A stretch of 64,000 nucleotides of DNA from Nevskia sp. (GTDB taxonomy: Bacteria > Pseudomonadota > Gammaproteobacteria > Nevskiales > Nevskiaceae). Under the pieces are notes generated by a model. That model had not been told where the DNA came from, did not search any database, and saw only the letters and a program-made list of their open reading frames with translations. Shown piece by piece: positions 39,835 through 50,545 of the stretch (position 1 is the first letter of the stretch; the number at the start of each line of letters is the position of its first letter). Position numbers and translations under genes: made by a program. The stretch covers positions 16,115 through 80,114 of the forward strand of contig JAYWBB010000112.1 in assembly GCA_043781855.1 (NCBI GenBank). The letters are read 5' to 3'.

Positions 39835-41751
39835 ATGTTCGATCTGCTCTTCATCGTTTTCCTCGCACCGCTGCTCGGCTTCCTCACGCTGGCAATCGGC
39901 CGCGGCAAGCTGTCGGACAACGTTTCGGCGGCGATCGGCGTCGGCTCGGTCGGCATCTCCGCGCTGGTCACGGCGCTGATCGGCTTCCAGTTCCTGACCC
40001 ATCCCCCCGAAGGCGGCGTGTTCACGCAGACACTGTGGACGTGGATCGACGTCGGCCGCTTCGCACCGAAATTCGCGCTGCGCCTCGACGGCCTCAGCCT
40101 GACGATGATGGGCGTGATCACGGGCGTGGGCTTCATGATCCACCTGTTCGCCTCGTGGTACATGCGCGGCGACGAGAGTTACGGCCGCTTCTTTTCGTAC
40201 ATGAATTTCTTCGTCACGAGCATGCTGTTCCTGGTGCTCGGCGACAACCTGCTGTTCCTTTACTTTGGCTGGGAAGGGGTCGGCCTTGCCTCCTATCTGC
40301 TGATCGGCTTCTGGTACAAGAACCCCGAGAACGGCGCGGCAGCGCGCAAGGCTTTCGTGGTCACGCGCGTCGGCGACACCTTCATGGCGATCGGCCTGTT
40401 CATTCTGTTCCGCGATCTCGGCACGCTGGAAATCCAGCCGCTGATGGCCGCCGCCCAGCAGCACTACACGCCGGGCTCGTCGCAGATCACGGCAATTGCA
40501 CTGCTCTTGCTCGGCGGTGCGGTCGGCAAGTCCGCACAGTTGCCGTTACAGACCTGGCTCCCGGATGCGATGGCCGGCCCCACGCCCGTCTCCGCGCTGA
40601 TCCATGCGGCAACCATGGTCACGGCGGGCGTTTACCTGATTGCGCGCACGCACGTGATCTTCGAGCTGTCGCCATTCGCGCTGTCGATGGTCGGGTTGAC
40701 CGGCGCGGCGACACTGCTGATCGCCGGCTTCACCGCACTGATGCAGACCGACATCAAGCGCGTACTGGCGTACTCGACGATGAGCCAGATCGGCTACATG
40801 TTCCTGGCACTTGGCGCGGGCGCCTGGAGCGCCGGCATTTTCCACCTGATGACGCATGCTTTCTTCAAAGCCTTGCTGTTCTTATCGAGCGGCAGCGTGA
40901 TCCTGGCCTGCCACCACGAGCAGGACATGTTCCGCATGGGCGGACTGCGCAAGCACATCCCGTTCGTGTTCGCGTGCATGCTGATCGGCACGCTGGCGCT
41001 GACCGCGTTCCCCTTCACGTCCGGCTACTACTCGAAGGACGAGATTCTCAACGAGGCTTACGCCAATGGCCATCACGGCCTCTGGCTGGCTGGCGTGGTC
41101 GGTGCGTTCCTGACCGGCGTCTACAGCTTCCGCCTGATCTTCATCACCTTCTTTGGCCCGGAACGCTGGCGCAAGCCCGCGCATCAGGCTCATGGTCATG
41201 ACGATCACGGCGCTGACCACGGCTTGGGTCCCAAGGATAATCCGCACGGCGCGCGCACGCTCGACCACCACATTCCGCTGGCCGTGCTGATGATCCTCGC
41301 GGTCGTTGGCGGCTTGATCCACCTGCCGCTGGCCGGCGTCCTGCCGCCTGCGCACGCGGAGGCAGGCGGCGAGCATTTGCCGGCGCTCATCGAGCACCTG
41401 CCGCTGATCGTCTCGCTGCTCGGCATCGCGCTGTCCTGGTTCCTGTTCCTGAAGAATCCACAGATTCCAGCCGCCCTTGCCCGTCATCCGGCTACCGCCT
41501 GGCTCGGCCGCTTCTGGCACTCTGCGTTCGGCTTCGACTGGCTCTATGACCGGATCTTCGTGAAGCCCTTCCTCGGCTTCGTTCACATCAATCGCAAGGA
41601 CGGCTTCGACATCGCCATCATGAGCGTCACCCTGCCGCTGAACTGGCTCAACGGCCTGCTGGCACGCACGCAGACCGGCCAGATCCGCTGGTACGCCGCG
41701 AGTGTCGCCGGCGGCGCGGTGCTCATCATCGCCATGGTGGCATTGTCATGA
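39835..41751 (+). CDS. nuoL: NADH-quinone oxidoreductase subunit L
   Basis: 638 aa, a polytopic antiporter-like subunit containing [16 protein letters not shown]. Confidence 0.95.
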   Translation: MFDLLFIVFLAPLLGFLTLAIGRGKLSDNVSAAIGVGSVGISALVTALIGFQFLTHPPEGGVFTQTLWTWIDVGRFAPKFALRLDGLSLTMMGVITGVGFMIHLFASWYMRGDESYGRFFSYMNFFVTSMLFLVLGDNLLFLYFGWEGVGLASYLLIGFWYKNPENGAAARKAFVVTRVGDTFMAIGLFILFRDLGTLEIQPLMAAAQQHYTPGSSQITAIALLLLGGAVGKSAQLPLQTWLPDAMAGPTPVSALIHAATMVTAGVYLIARTHVIFELSPFALSMVGLTGAATLLIAGFTALMQTDIKRVLAYSTMSQIGYMFLALGAGAWSAGIFHLMTHAFFKALLFLSSGSVILACHHEQDMFRMGGLRKHIPFVFACMLIGTLALTAFPFTSGYYSKDEILNEAYANGHHGLWLAGVVGAFLTGVYSFRLIFITFFGPERWRKPAHQAHGHDDHGADHGLGPKDNPHGARTLDHHIPLAVLMILAVVGGLIHLPLAGVLPPAHAEAGGEHLPALIEHLPLIVSLLGIALSWFLFLKNPQIPAALARHPATAWLGRFWHSAFGFDWLYDRIFVKPFLGFVHINRKDGFDIAIMSVTLPLNWLNGLLARTQTGQIRWYAASVAGGAVLIIAMVALS

Positions 41752-43310
41752 GCTTGGGCATGAATTCGGGCGTAATCCTGGTCTGGCTGTTCCTGATTCC
41801 CTTCATCGGCGGCTTCCTGTGCTGGCAGGGCGAGCGCTTCGGGCGCCGCTTCCCGCGCTGGGTCGCGCTGATCACGATGCTGATCGTGATGGCGCTGTCG
41901 ATCCACCTCTGGCTGACCGGCGATTACTCCCTCACCTTGCTCGGCAAGAACCCGCACTGGGTGGTCGAGTACAAAGCCGCGTGGATTCCCCGCCTCGGCA
42001 TCAGCTTCCATCTCGCGCTCGACGGCATCTCGATGCTGCTGATCCTGCTGACCGGCCTGATCGGCGTGCTCGCCGTCGCCTGCTCGTGGAACGAGGTACA
42101 GCGCAACGTCGGCTTTTTCCATCTGAACCTGTTGTGGAATCTCGGCGGCGTCATCGGCATCTTCCTGGCGATGGATCTTTTCCTGTTCTTCTTCTTCTGG
42201 GAAATGATGCTGGTGCCGATGTACTTCCTGATCGCGCTCTGGGGCCACAACATTCCCGGCGGCAAGGGGCGCATCTTCGCGGCAACCAAGTTCTTCATCT
42301 TCACCCAGGCCAGCGGCCTGATCATGCTGCTGTCGATCCTGGGCCTGGTGTTCGTGCATTACTCGGCGACCGGCGTGTTGACGTTCGACTATGCCGATCT
42401 TCTGCACACGCCGATGAGTGCGACGACCGAGTGGTGGCTGATGCTCGGCTTCTTCGTCGCGTTCGCGGTCAAGATGCCGGTCGTGCCGCTGCATAGCTGG
42501 CTGCCGGACGCGCACTCGCAGGCGCCCACCGCCGGCTCGGTCGATCTGGCCGGCATTCTTCTGAAGACCGCCGCCTACGGCATCCTGCGCTTCGGCATTC
42601 CGCTGTTCCCGCACGCCTCCTTGCAGATTGCACCGTTCGCGATGTGGCTCGGCGTGCTCGGCATCGTCTACGGCGCTGTGCTCGCGTACTCGCAGACCGA
42701 CATCAAACGCTTCGTCGCCTACACCTCGATCTCGCACATGGGCTTCGTGCTGATTGGCCTTTACGCCGGTACCGAACAGGCGCTGCAGGGCGTCATCATG
42801 CAGATGCTCGCGCACGGTATTTCGGCTGGCGCCTTGTTCATCCTCTGCGGCGAAATCTACGAGCGCCTGCATACCCGCGATCTGCGCGAGATGGGTGGCC
42901 TCTGGTCGCGCCTGCCTTATCTGCCGCCCATCGCGATGTTCTTCACGGCGGCGTCGCTCGGCCTGCCGGGTCTCGGCAACTTCGTCGGCGAGTTCCTGGT
43001 GCTGGTCGGAACCTTCCCGGTCGCGCCGGTCGTCGCGATGTTCGCTGCCACCGGCCTGATCCTCGCGGCGACCTACTCGCTGTGGCTGATGCAGCGCGCG
43101 TTCTACGGTCCGGCGCAGAGCGAGGAAAAGCTGCGCGACCTCAACGGCCGCGAGCTGGCGACGATGATCAGCCTCATGGCGATCCTGCTCTGGCTCGGCA
43201 TCTACCCGCAGCCGGTACTCGACGCGACGCGCGCGCCGATGGCCGCAGTGCAGGCGATCTACGAGGCCGCCAAATCGGAAGCCGCAGTCGTCGCAGGAGT
43301 CACCCCATGA
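41748..43310 (+). CDS. nuoM: NADH-quinone oxidoreductase subunit M
   Basis: 520 aa, an antiporter-like subunit containing FFFFWEMMLVPMYFLIALWG. There is an ATGA overlap with nuoL. Confidence 0.95.
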   Translation: MSLGMNSGVILVWLFLIPFIGGFLCWQGERFGRRFPRWVALITMLIVMALSIHLWLTGDYSLTLLGKNPHWVVEYKAAWIPRLGISFHLALDGISMLLILLTGLIGVLAVACSWNEVQRNVGFFHLNLLWNLGGVIGIFLAMDLFLFFFFWEMMLVPMYFLIALWGHNIPGGKGRIFAATKFFIFTQASGLIMLLSILGLVFVHYSATGVLTFDYADLLHTPMSATTEWWLMLGFFVAFAVKMPVVPLHSWLPDAHSQAPTAGSVDLAGILLKTAAYGILRFGIPLFPHASLQIAPFAMWLGVLGIVYGAVLAYSQTDIKRFVAYTSISHMGFVLIGLYAGTEQALQGVIMQMLAHGISAGALFILCGEIYERLHTRDLREMGGLWSRLPYLPPIAMFFTAASLGLPGLGNFVGEFLVLVGTFPVAPVVAMFAATGLILAATYSLWLMQRAFYGPAQSEEKLRDLNGRELATMISLMAILLWLGIYPQPVLDATRAPMAAVQAIYEAAKSEAAVVAGVTP

Positions 43311-44755
43311 CCCGCGAACAACTGCTGGCGCTGCTGCCGATCCTGTTCACCAGCGCGACCATCATCTGGGTGATGACCGCCATCGCGATCAAGCGTCACC
43401 ACTGGTGGAACGCGACGTTCTCGGTGGTCGGCCTCAATCTCGCGATGTTCTCCTGCGTCATCGCCTACCAGGTCTCGCCGCAGTTCGTCACGCCCTTGCT
43501 GGTCGTCGACGGCTTCGGCTGCTTCTACATGGCGCTGGTGCTGGCGACCGCACTGGCAACCGCGACGCTCTGCCACGCCTACATGGAAGGCTACGAAGGC
43601 AACAAGGAAGAGGTCTACCTGCTGCTGACGCTGTCCGCGCTCGGCGGCATCGTGCTGGTCTGCGCTCGGCACTTCGCCACGTTCTTCATCGGTCTCGAAC
43701 TGCTGTCGTTGCCGCTGTACGGTCTTATCGGGTATCTGGTGAAGGAGCGCCGTTCGCTCGAAGCGAGCATGAAATATCTGGTGCTGTCGGCGGTCGCCTC
43801 GGCCTTCATCCTGTTCGGCATGGCGCTCGTGTATTCGCAAACCGGCGCGCTCGGCTTCGCCGAAATCGGCAATCGCCTCGCGGCGGTCGGCGACTCCGGT
43901 TATACGGTTCTCGTGGTCGGCGGCGGCATGATCCTGGTCGGCGTCTGCTTCAAGCTTTCGCTCGCACCGTTCCACCTGTGGACGCCGGATGTCTACGAGG
44001 GCGCGCCCGCGCCGGTCGCCGCGTATCTCGCAACCGCTTCCAAGGTCGCGGTGTTCGCGGTGCTGTTGCGCTACTTCGTCGAGGCACAGGCTTACCACTA
44101 CGCCTCGCTGCTCGACGTGCTGAGCGCGGTCGCCATCGTCTCCATCGTCGTCGGCAACCTGCTCGCGTTGATGCAGGACAATCTCAAGCGCCTGCTCGCC
44201 TACTCGTCGATCGCCCACTTCGGTTATCTGCTGGTCGCATTCATCGCGGCGGGCCCGCTGGCCGTCGAAGCCGTCGGCGTCTACTTGCTGACCTATGTCG
44301 TCACGACGCTCGCGGCCTTCGGTGTCATCACGCTGATGTCGAGCCCGTACAAGGAACACGATGCCGACATGCTCTGGGACTACCGCGGTCTGTTCTGGCG
44401 TCGCCCGAACCTTACGGCGATCCTGACGGTGTCGCTGCTGTCGCTGGCCGGCATTCCGCTGACGGCCGGTTTCATCGGCAAGTTCTATGCGATCGCGGCG
44501 GGTGTCGAGAAGCGGCTCTGGGTATTGCTGGCAGCGGTGATCTTCGGCAGCGCGATTGGCCTGTTCTACTACCTGCGCGCGATGGTAGCGCTCTACCTGC
44601 GCACGCCGTGGGTCCGCAAGTACGGCGCCCCGCTCGGTTGGGCACAGGGCACGGGCGGCGCGATGGTCATCGTGCTGATGGTCATGATGCTGGTACTCGG
44701 CATCTATCCGACACCGTTCATCTTCCTGATCCGGCATGCGCCGCTCGTGCACTGA
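43307..44755 (+). CDS. nuoN: NADH-quinone oxidoreductase subunit N
   Basis: The ATG at 43307 forms an ATGA overlap with the nuoM stop and gives MTREQLLALLPILFTSATIIWVMT. It contains the antiporter-like FKLSLAPFHLWTPDVYEGAP. Confidence 0.93.
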   Translation: MTREQLLALLPILFTSATIIWVMTAIAIKRHHWWNATFSVVGLNLAMFSCVIAYQVSPQFVTPLLVVDGFGCFYMALVLATALATATLCHAYMEGYEGNKEEVYLLLTLSALGGIVLVCARHFATFFIGLELLSLPLYGLIGYLVKERRSLEASMKYLVLSAVASAFILFGMALVYSQTGALGFAEIGNRLAAVGDSGYTVLVVGGGMILVGVCFKLSLAPFHLWTPDVYEGAPAPVAAYLATASKVAVFAVLLRYFVEAQAYHYASLLDVLSAVAIVSIVVGNLLALMQDNLKRLLAYSSIAHFGYLLVAFIAAGPLAVEAVGVYLLTYVVTTLAAFGVITLMSSPYKEHDADMLWDYRGLFWRRPNLTAILTVSLLSLAGIPLTAGFIGKFYAIAAGVEKRLWVLLAAVIFGSAIGLFYYLRAMVALYLRTPWVRKYGAPLGWAQGTGGAMVIVLMVMMLVLGIYPTPFIFLIRHAPLVH

Positions 44756-44783
44756 GCCGGCTTGTCTGCGGCAGTGAGCTGAA

Positions 44784-44818
44784 ACGAAAACGGCCGCCTT
44801 CAGGGCGGCCGTTTTCGT
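44784..44818. terminator. Bidirectional terminator hairpin between nuoN and the PfkB kinase gene
   Basis: A 15-bp stem, ACGAAAACGGCCGCC / GGCGGCCGTTTTCGT, has a 5-nt loop. A and T runs lie inside the stem base on both strands. Confidence 0.8.
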
Positions 44819-44829
44819 TGTGCGCTGCT

Positions 44830-45771
44830 TCAAGCGAGATCGTAGCGGAACTCCTTCTTGAAGCGCGCGCGGAACTGTTCGGGCGTCAGGAAATGGTTCT
44901 GCGGGCCTGGCCGCTCGATCTTCACCGCACCGAGCAGCGAGGCGACGCGGCCGGTGGTTTCCCAGTCGAGGCCGTTGAGCAGGCCGTAGAGCAGACCGCC
45001 GCGATAGGCGTCACCGCAGCCGGTCGGATCGGCCAGCGAATGCGCCGACGCGGTCGGAATCTCGTACGTCTTGCCGTTCGCGTAAATGTTCGAGCCCTTG
45101 CCGCCGCGCGTGACGATCAATGCGTCGACGCGATCCGCGATCTCCTTCAGGCTCCAGCCGGTGCGCGTCATCAGTACCTCCGACTCGTAGTCGTTGACCG
45201 CGAGATACGTCGCCTTCTCGATGAAATCCTTCAAATCGTCGCCACCGAACATCGGCAGCCCCTGACCCGGATCGAAGATGAACGGCAGGCCGGCTTCGGC
45301 GAACTGCGTGGCGTGCAGCACCATCGCCTCGCGCCCGTCAGGCGAGACCGAGCCGATCTTCACGCCGGCCTTGATCGCCGCGTGGACGTCCTGGGTGTGC
45401 GCGAAGCTCATCGCGCCGGGATGGAACGCAGTGATCTGGTTGTCGTCGAGATCGGTCGTGATGTAGGCCTGCGCCGTGTAAGCCTCGGGCACGGTCTTCA
45501 CGTACGTGCGCGGGATGCCGTTTTTATCGAGCCATTCCGAGTAGGTGCCGAAGTCCTTGCCGACCGTCGCCATCGGCAATGCTTCGCCGCCGAGCATCGT
45601 CAGGTTATAGGCGATGTTGCCGGCCGTGCCGCCGAACTCGCGACGCAGTTCCGGCACCAGGAAGGCGACATTCAGGATGTGCACCTTGTCCGGCAAAATT
45701 TCGTTCTTGAACTGGCCGGAGAACACCATGATGGTGTCGAAGGCGAGGGAACCGCAGATGAGGGCTGACAT
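44830..45771 (-). CDS. PfkB-family carbohydrate/nucleoside kinase
   Basis: 313 aa with GGTAGNIAYNL near the N-terminus and DPTGCGDAYRGGLLYGL (the PfkB signature 2 region) near the C-terminus. Confidence 0.85.
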   Translation of the reverse strand: MSALICGSLAFDTIMVFSGQFKNEILPDKVHILNVAFLVPELRREFGGTAGNIAYNLTMLGGEALPMATVGKDFGTYSEWLDKNGIPRTYVKTVPEAYTAQAYITTDLDDNQITAFHPGAMSFAHTQDVHAAIKAGVKIGSVSPDGREAMVLHATQFAEAGLPFIFDPGQGLPMFGGDDLKDFIEKATYLAVNDYESEVLMTRTGWSLKEIADRVDALIVTRGGKGSNIYANGKTYEIPTASAHSLADPTGCGDAYRGGLLYGLLNGLDWETTGRVASLLGAVKIERPGPQNHFLTPEQFRARFKKEFRYDLA

Positions 45772-45807
45772 CTTTTCTCCGTCTGGTTATTTCCTGTTGG
45801 AATCGGA

Positions 45808-46188
45808 TCACAAAGCCTGCGCGCCATCGAGTTTCGCGAGTGTGCGATCAAAAGTGCCGAGTGGCAGGTGACCATTTTTTCGGGCGATCGCAAGCACCAT
45901 GCAATCCGTGAAACCCAGCGCCGGCCGCTTCCGATAGTGAGCCAGGGCCGCGCTCACCACTTCGGAATCCTGGATCGCAACGCGATGATTCGAGAGCAGC
46001 ATTTCGAGTGCATCGGCGAGTTGTCGATCACCCAGCGAAAACACTGAACTCAGCACCCGGACAGCCTCGGCCAGCACCAGATGAGAAATCCAGATGCCGT
46101 TGTCGATGAACGCTTCCGCCTTCAACAACTGCCGTGCATCGTCCCGCATCACCAGCCGGACGACGACGTTCGTGTCAATCGCGCGCAT
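45808..46188 (-). CDS. vapC: PIN-domain toxin, VapC family, second copy
   Basis: 126 aa with MRAIDTNVVVRLVMRDD and ...GFTDCMVLAIARKNG. It overlaps the upstream antitoxin gene by 14 nt. Confidence 0.8.
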   Translation of the reverse strand: MRAIDTNVVVRLVMRDDARQLLKAEAFIDNGIWISHLVLAEAVRVLSSVFSLGDRQLADALEMLLSNHRVAIQDSEVVSAALAHYRKRPALGFTDCMVLAIARKNGHLPLGTFDRTLAKLDGAQAL

Positions 46189-46435
46189 GTTTCTTGCGCA
46201 GGTACTGCCGTATGCCGCCCTTCAGTTCCGCAAGGGTCTTGGGCTCGGGCGGTTCAGGAAACAAGACCTTGTGAATGTCCTCGAAGCTGTACTTCCCCGC
46301 ACGCCGCACCGTGACGTTCTCGCCTTCTATTTCCCATTCGAGCACCGATCCCGGACCGACTCCAAGCCGCTTCCTCACCGGCGCCGGAACCGACACCTGG
46401 CCTTGCGCCGTCAGCTTGGAAAGAGGCTTGTTCAT
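46175..46435 (-). CDS. AbrB/MazE/SpoVT-type antitoxin
   Basis: 86 aa. LTAQGQVSVPAPVRKRLGVGPGSVLEWEIEGENVTVR is a typical SpoVT/AbrB swapped-hairpin motif. Confidence 0.8.
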   Translation of the reverse strand: MNKPLSKLTAQGQVSVPAPVRKRLGVGPGSVLEWEIEGENVTVRRAGKYSFEDIHKVLFPEPPEPKTLAELKGGIRQYLRKKHARD

Positions 46436-46451
46436 GCGCAGTATCGTTCCA

Positions 46452-46467
46452 CATTACCGGGGTAATG
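46452..46467. promoter_or_regulatory. Palindrome upstream of the antitoxin gene; candidate TA operator
   Basis: CATTACC-GG-GGTAATG has 7-bp arms and lies 17 nt upstream of the antitoxin start. Confidence 0.35.
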
Positions 46468-46581
46468 GCAATGATTGTCCCGGTAGCGCGCGCTCCGCAC
46501 ACGAAAGGGTTCCGCGCAATGCCAGAAATCGTGCACAGAGTGCAGGCGGCATCGCCGGGTCAAGGAACATGGCCCGGTACG

Positions 46582-46941
46582 TTAGCCGAACAAGATCAGG
46601 CCCCAGACAAACGGGACTTGCAACAGCGAAAGATGGACCGCCGCAGACCCGAGATCCTTGGCGCGTCCGGAAAGCAGGTGCCGCTCGGAGCCGATGCGAT
46701 CGACCACGACCTCGATCGCGGTATTGAGGAGCTCGACGATCAGCACCATGAGGAGGCTCATCGAAAGCACTGCGCGCTTCAGGCCGTTGTCTCCAAGCCA
46801 GAGCGCCAGCGGCAACATCACCACGAAGAGAATGAATTCGATTCTGAATGCTTCCTCTTCGCGCAGTGCCCAGCCGAGTCCCCAATAGCTGACGCGCGTG
46901 GCGCGGACGATACGCGCCACACCCTTGATGCCATCGGCCAT
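46582..46941 (-). CDS. dgkA: Diacylglycerol kinase
   Basis: 119 aa with FRIEFILFVVMLPLALWLG and LVELLNTAIEVVVDRIG, typical of DgkA. Confidence 0.9.
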   Translation of the reverse strand: MADGIKGVARIVRATRVSYWGLGWALREEEAFRIEFILFVVMLPLALWLGDNGLKRAVLSMSLLMVLIVELLNTAIEVVVDRIGSERHLLSGRAKDLGSAAVHLSLLQVPFVWGLILFG

Positions 46942-48449
46942 CAGTCTGCCGCCGCCTGGTAACGGACATCGAGATGGCGTGCGGCGCGCACGTCATCGAG
47001 CCGCCGCACCGGCATCGAGTACGGTGCACCCTTGACGTAGGCAATGTCTTTCTTCGCCTCCTCCCAGATCGCGCACATCGCGTCGACGAAGGCATCGAGC
47101 GTTTCCTTGTCTTCGGTCTCGGTCGGCTCGATCAGCAGACACTCGGGCACGAGCAGCGGGAAGTAGACGGTTGGCGCGTGGAACCCGTAGTCGAGCAGGC
47201 GTTTGGCGATATCGGTCGCACTCAGGTCGATTTCCTGTTTCTGGCGCTTGAGCGTGACGATGAACTCGTGGCTTGCGAGGCGCGTCGGAAACGCGAGATC
47301 GAAGCCGCGCTCGCGCAGGCGGGCCTGCAGATAGTTGGCGTTGAGCGTGGCGAATTCGGCGACGCGGTGCATGCCTTCGCGGCCGAGCAGGCGGGCGTAG
47401 ACATAGGCACGCATCAATACGCCGGCGTTGCCCATGAAGGTGCTGAGACGGCCGATGGTCTGGGGCAGGTCGCGCTCATCGAGCCAGCGGTAAAAGCAGT
47501 TTCCAGTTGTCAGTGGCTGGTTTCCAGAGAAGCCTTTGCTGGCTTCGTCTTTACGCCCGACGATTGGAATCGGCATGAACGGCAGCAGGCGTTCGGAAAC
47601 ACCCACCGCACCCGCGCCCGGCCCCCCGCCGCCGTGGGGTGTGCTGAAGGTCTTGTGCAGGTTCATGTGGATGACGTCGAAGCCCATGTCGCCGGGGCGG
47701 ACTTCGCCGAGGATGGCGTTGAGGTTGGCGCCGTCGTAGTAGAGCAGGCCGCCGGCCGCATGAACCAGCCCGGCAATCTCCTTGATGCGCCGCTCGAACA
47801 CGCCGAGTGTCGATGGGTTGGTCAGCATGATGCCGGCGGTGTGCGGGCCGAGCACAGCCTTGAGGCGCTCGACGTCGACGTCGCCCTCGGCATTCGTCGG
47901 GATCTCGCGCACGGTCATGCCGAGCATCGTCGCGGTCGCCGGGTTGGTGCCATGCGCGGCGTCAGGCACGAGGATTTCGCTGCGCGCCAGATCGTTTCTC
48001 GCGCGGTGATAGGCGCGAATCATCGACACACCGGCGAACTCGCCCTGCGCGCCGGCCATGGGGGTGAGTGATACGCCGGCCATGCCGGTCACGTCCTTGA
48101 GAATCTCCTGCAACTCGTACATGCAGGTGAGAAAGCCCTGCGAGTGCGACTCCGGCGCCAGTGGATGACGGCCAAGAAACTCCGGGAGCATCGCCAGCGT
48201 ATTGCAGGCGCGCGGGTTGTATTTCATCGTGCAGCTGCCGAGCGGATAGAAGTGCGTGTCGATGCTGAAGTTCAGCTTCGACAAGCGGGTGAAATGCCGC
48301 ACCGCCTGCAACTCCGAAACCTGCGGCAACGCCGGCGGCGTCTTCCGCCGCAAGTGCGACGGCACCTCCGAGCTGAGCGCTTCAAGGGGCATCTGCGCAT
48401 AGGCCGCTCGGCCCTGGCGGGAAATTTCGAAGATCAGTTTTTCGGTCAT
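46941..48449 (-). CDS. gcvPB: Glycine dehydrogenase (decarboxylating) subunit 2
   Basis: I prefer the ATG at 48449 ([14 protein letters not shown]); the ORF track starts at the GTG at 48458. It contains [10 protein letters not shown] and the PLP lysine region [19 protein letters not shown] 39-nt repeat-derived in-frame segment lies at 47496-47534. Confidence 0.95.
   Translation of the reverse strand: MTEKLIFEISRQGRAAYAQMPLEALSSEVPSHLRRKTPPALPQVSELQAVRHFTRLSKLNFSIDTHFYPLGSCTMKYNPRACNTLAMLPEFLGRHPLAPESHSQGFLTCMYELQEILKDVTGMAGVSLTPMAGAQGEFAGVSMIRAYHRARNDLARSEILVPDAAHGTNPATATMLGMTVREIPTNAEGDVDVERLKAVLGPHTAGIMLTNPSTLGVFERRIKEIAGLVHAAGGLLYYDGANLNAILGEVRPGDMGFDVIHMNLHKTFSTPHGGGGPGAGAVGVSERLLPFMPIPIVGRKDEASKGFSGNQPLTTGNCFYRWLDERDLPQTIGRLSTFMGNAGVLMRAYVYARLLGREGMHRVAEFATLNANYLQARLRERGFDLAFPTRLASHEFIVTLKRQKQEIDLSATDIAKRLLDYGFHAPTVYFPLLVPECLLIEPTETEDKETLDAFVDAMCAIWEEAKKDIAYVKGAPYSMPVRRLDDVRAARHLDVRYQAAAD
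47496..47534 (-). repeat. Heptad-periodic element, 39-nt half copy C, in frame inside gcvPB
   Basis: The plus strand reads GCAGTTTCCAGTTGTCAGTGGCTGGTTTCCAGAGAAGCC. It matches copy D at 31 of 39 positions with no gaps. In gcvPB it is translated as [13 protein letters not shown]. Confidence 0.85.
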
Positions 48450-48469
48450 GGGTGGCACGTTCAGGAAAA

Positions 48470-48580
48470 TAAGCCCTTCTCCCTCCGGGAGAAGGGTTGG
48501 GATGAGGGCCTTTCAGATGTAGATCGCTCCCTGCTTGAAGGAGCCTCACCCCCGGCCCCTCTCCCGGAGGGAGAGGGGAG
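48470..48580. repeat. REP-type inverted pair of a roughly 40-nt GC-rich unit
   Basis: The hairpins are CCCTTCTCC-CTCCG-GGAGAAGGG (48474-48496) and CCCCTCTCCC-GGA-GGGAGAGGGG (48556-48578). The flanking GGGATGAGGGCC and GCCTCACCC mirror each other. The pair fills the tpx-gcvPB spacer. Confidence 0.8.
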
Positions 48581-48595
48581 ACCAGAATTAAAGGC

Positions 48596-49096
48596 TCAGC
48601 CCAGCGCCTTCAGCGCGGCGTCGTAATTCGGCTCTTCGGCGATCTCTTTCACCAGCTCGGCGTGCAGCACCTTGTTGTGGGCATCGAGGACGACGACGGC
48701 GCGCGCGGTCAGTCCGGCCAGCGGGCCGTTCTCGATCTTCACGCCGTATTCCTCGGCGAAGCTGTGACCGCGCATGAGCGAAAGGTTCTCGACGTTCTTG
48801 ATCCCCTCGGCGCCGCAGAAGCGCTTCTGCGCGAAGGGCAGATCAGCCGAAATGCAGAGCACGACGGTGTCCTTGAGGTTGGCCGCCTTCTCGTTGAACT
48901 TTCGTACCGACGTGGCGCAGGTCGGCGTGTCGATCGACGGGAAGATGTTCAGCACCTTCTTCTTGCCGGCGTAGTCGTGCAGCGTCACATCCTTGAGATC
49001 GCCGTTGACGATGCGGAAGCCGGGTGCATCGCTGCCGACTTTCGGCAGTTCGCCGTTGGTCTGGATGGGGTTGCCTTGCAGGGTGATCGTGGCCAT
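48596..49096 (-). CDS. tpx: Thiol peroxidase
   Basis: 166 aa. [24 protein letters not shown] and [20 protein letters not shown] are canonical Tpx sequences. Confidence 0.95.
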   Translation of the reverse strand: MATITLQGNPIQTNGELPKVGSDAPGFRIVNGDLKDVTLHDYAGKKKVLNIFPSIDTPTCATSVRKFNEKAANLKDTVVLCISADLPFAQKRFCGAEGIKNVENLSLMRGHSFAEEYGVKIENGPLAGLTARAVVVLDAHNKVLHAELVKEIAEEPNYDAALKALG

Positions 49097-49129
49097 CAGT
49101 TCGTCTCCTCGGTTGTTGTGGACGGATGT

Positions 49130-50542
49130 TCAGCAGTCGAGCGCGCTACGCAGTGCTGCGGCGTAACACGCGATGTCCTCGGCGGTTCTCGTTTCGGTAG
49201 CGCAGACCAGTAGCGCATTGCCCAACTCCGGATAATGCCGCGAAAGATCATGGCCCCCGAGAATACCGTGCCGTGCGAGTGCGGCGAGCACCGGCGCCGC
49301 TGGCCGCGGCAGACGGATCACCGCCTCGTGGAAACACTCGCCGGTGAATGCCGCTTCAACGCCGGGAATCGCGGTCAGTGCTTCGACCAGGGCTCGCGTA
49401 TTCGCCATCGAATGAGCTGCCACGCGGCTCAGCCCTTCCGGGCCAAGCAGGGACATGTGAATCGTCGCCGCCGTAACCAGCAGGCCCTGATTGGTGCAGA
49501 TGTTCGAGGTCGCCTTGCTGCGGCGGATGTGCTGCTCGCGTGCCTGGAGCGTCAGCGTATAGCCCGGCTTGCCGTCGAGATCGACCGTGCGGCCGACGAT
49601 GCGGCCCGGCATCTGGCGTACGAACTGTTGCTTCGCAGTGAGGAAACCGAAGTACGGTCCGCCCGAAGCCAAAGGCGCGCCGAGCGGCTGGCCTTCGCCG
49701 CAGCAAATGTCTGCGCCCTTCTGGCCGGCGGCGACAACCACTCCCGCACCCGCCTCGCGAACCGTGTCGGAGCTGCCCCATTCACCGGGCGGTTTCAATA
49801 CTGCCAGCGAAACCGGATTGACCAGCGCGACAACGAGCGCGCCATTGGCATGCGCCCAGTCGGTGATCGCATCGACGTCTTCCAGCACGCCGAAGAAGTT
49901 CGGCTGTGCGATCACGACAGCCGTGATGCCCTGCCCTTCGAAGCGCTGCAACTGCTGCGGCAGTGTGGTACCAATTTCGGCGCAGTAGACCAGCGACACT
50001 TGCTCCAGCCCCTGCGCTTCCGTGATCGCATGGACCGCTTCGCGGTAGAACGGATGCACTGCGGCGGGCATCAGGATCTTGCCGCTGCCGGCCGACGGAT
50101 TCGCACGCACCGCCATCAGCAGCGCTTCGGCGAGTGCCGACGCGCCGTCGTACATCGAGGCGTTGCTGACCTCCATGCCGGTCAGCGCGCACATCATGCT
50201 CTGGTACTCGTAGAGCAGTTGCAGCGTGCCCTGGCTGGCCTCGGCCTGATACGGCGTGTAGGCCGAGTAGAATTCGCCGCGCGTCGTGATCTCCCAGACG
50301 GCCGCCGGAATGTGGTGCTCGTAGGCGCCGGCGCCGATGAAGTTCAGCAGCTGGCCGTCCTGGGCCGCGCGGCCGTGCATGAGCCGCGCGATCGCCATTT
50401 CCGAAACGCGCTCCGGAACTTTCGTCAGGCCCTTGCAGAACAGCTCGGCGGGAATCTCGCCGAACAGTGCGTCGGTACTCGGCTTGCCGATGACGGCGAG
50501 CATTTCGGCGACATCGGTTTCGGTGTGGGGGATGAAGGGCAT
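49130..50542 (-). CDS. gcvPA: Glycine dehydrogenase (decarboxylating) subunit 1
   Basis: 470 aa with [50 protein letters not shown] and [19 protein letters not shown]. Confidence 0.95.
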   Translation of the reverse strand: MPFIPHTETDVAEMLAVIGKPSTDALFGEIPAELFCKGLTKVPERVSEMAIARLMHGRAAQDGQLLNFIGAGAYEHHIPAAVWEITTRGEFYSAYTPYQAEASQGTLQLLYEYQSMMCALTGMEVSNASMYDGASALAEALLMAVRANPSAGSGKILMPAAVHPFYREAVHAITEAQGLEQVSLVYCAEIGTTLPQQLQRFEGQGITAVVIAQPNFFGVLEDVDAITDWAHANGALVVALVNPVSLAVLKPPGEWGSSDTVREAGAGVVVAAGQKGADICCGEGQPLGAPLASGGPYFGFLTAKQQFVRQMPGRIVGRTVDLDGKPGYTLTLQAREQHIRRSKATSNICTNQGLLVTAATIHMSLLGPEGLSRVAAHSMANTRALVEALTAIPGVEAAFTGECFHEAVIRLPRPAAPVLAALARHGILGGHDLSRHYPELGNALLVCATETRTAEDIACYAAALRSALDC

Positions 50543-50545
50543 GAA

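Noticed and set aside
41583-44833. Two long minus-strand ORFs (41583..42872 and 43259..44833)
   Set aside because: They are antisense to nuoM and nuoN. The sequences are charged and low-complexity, with no motifs.
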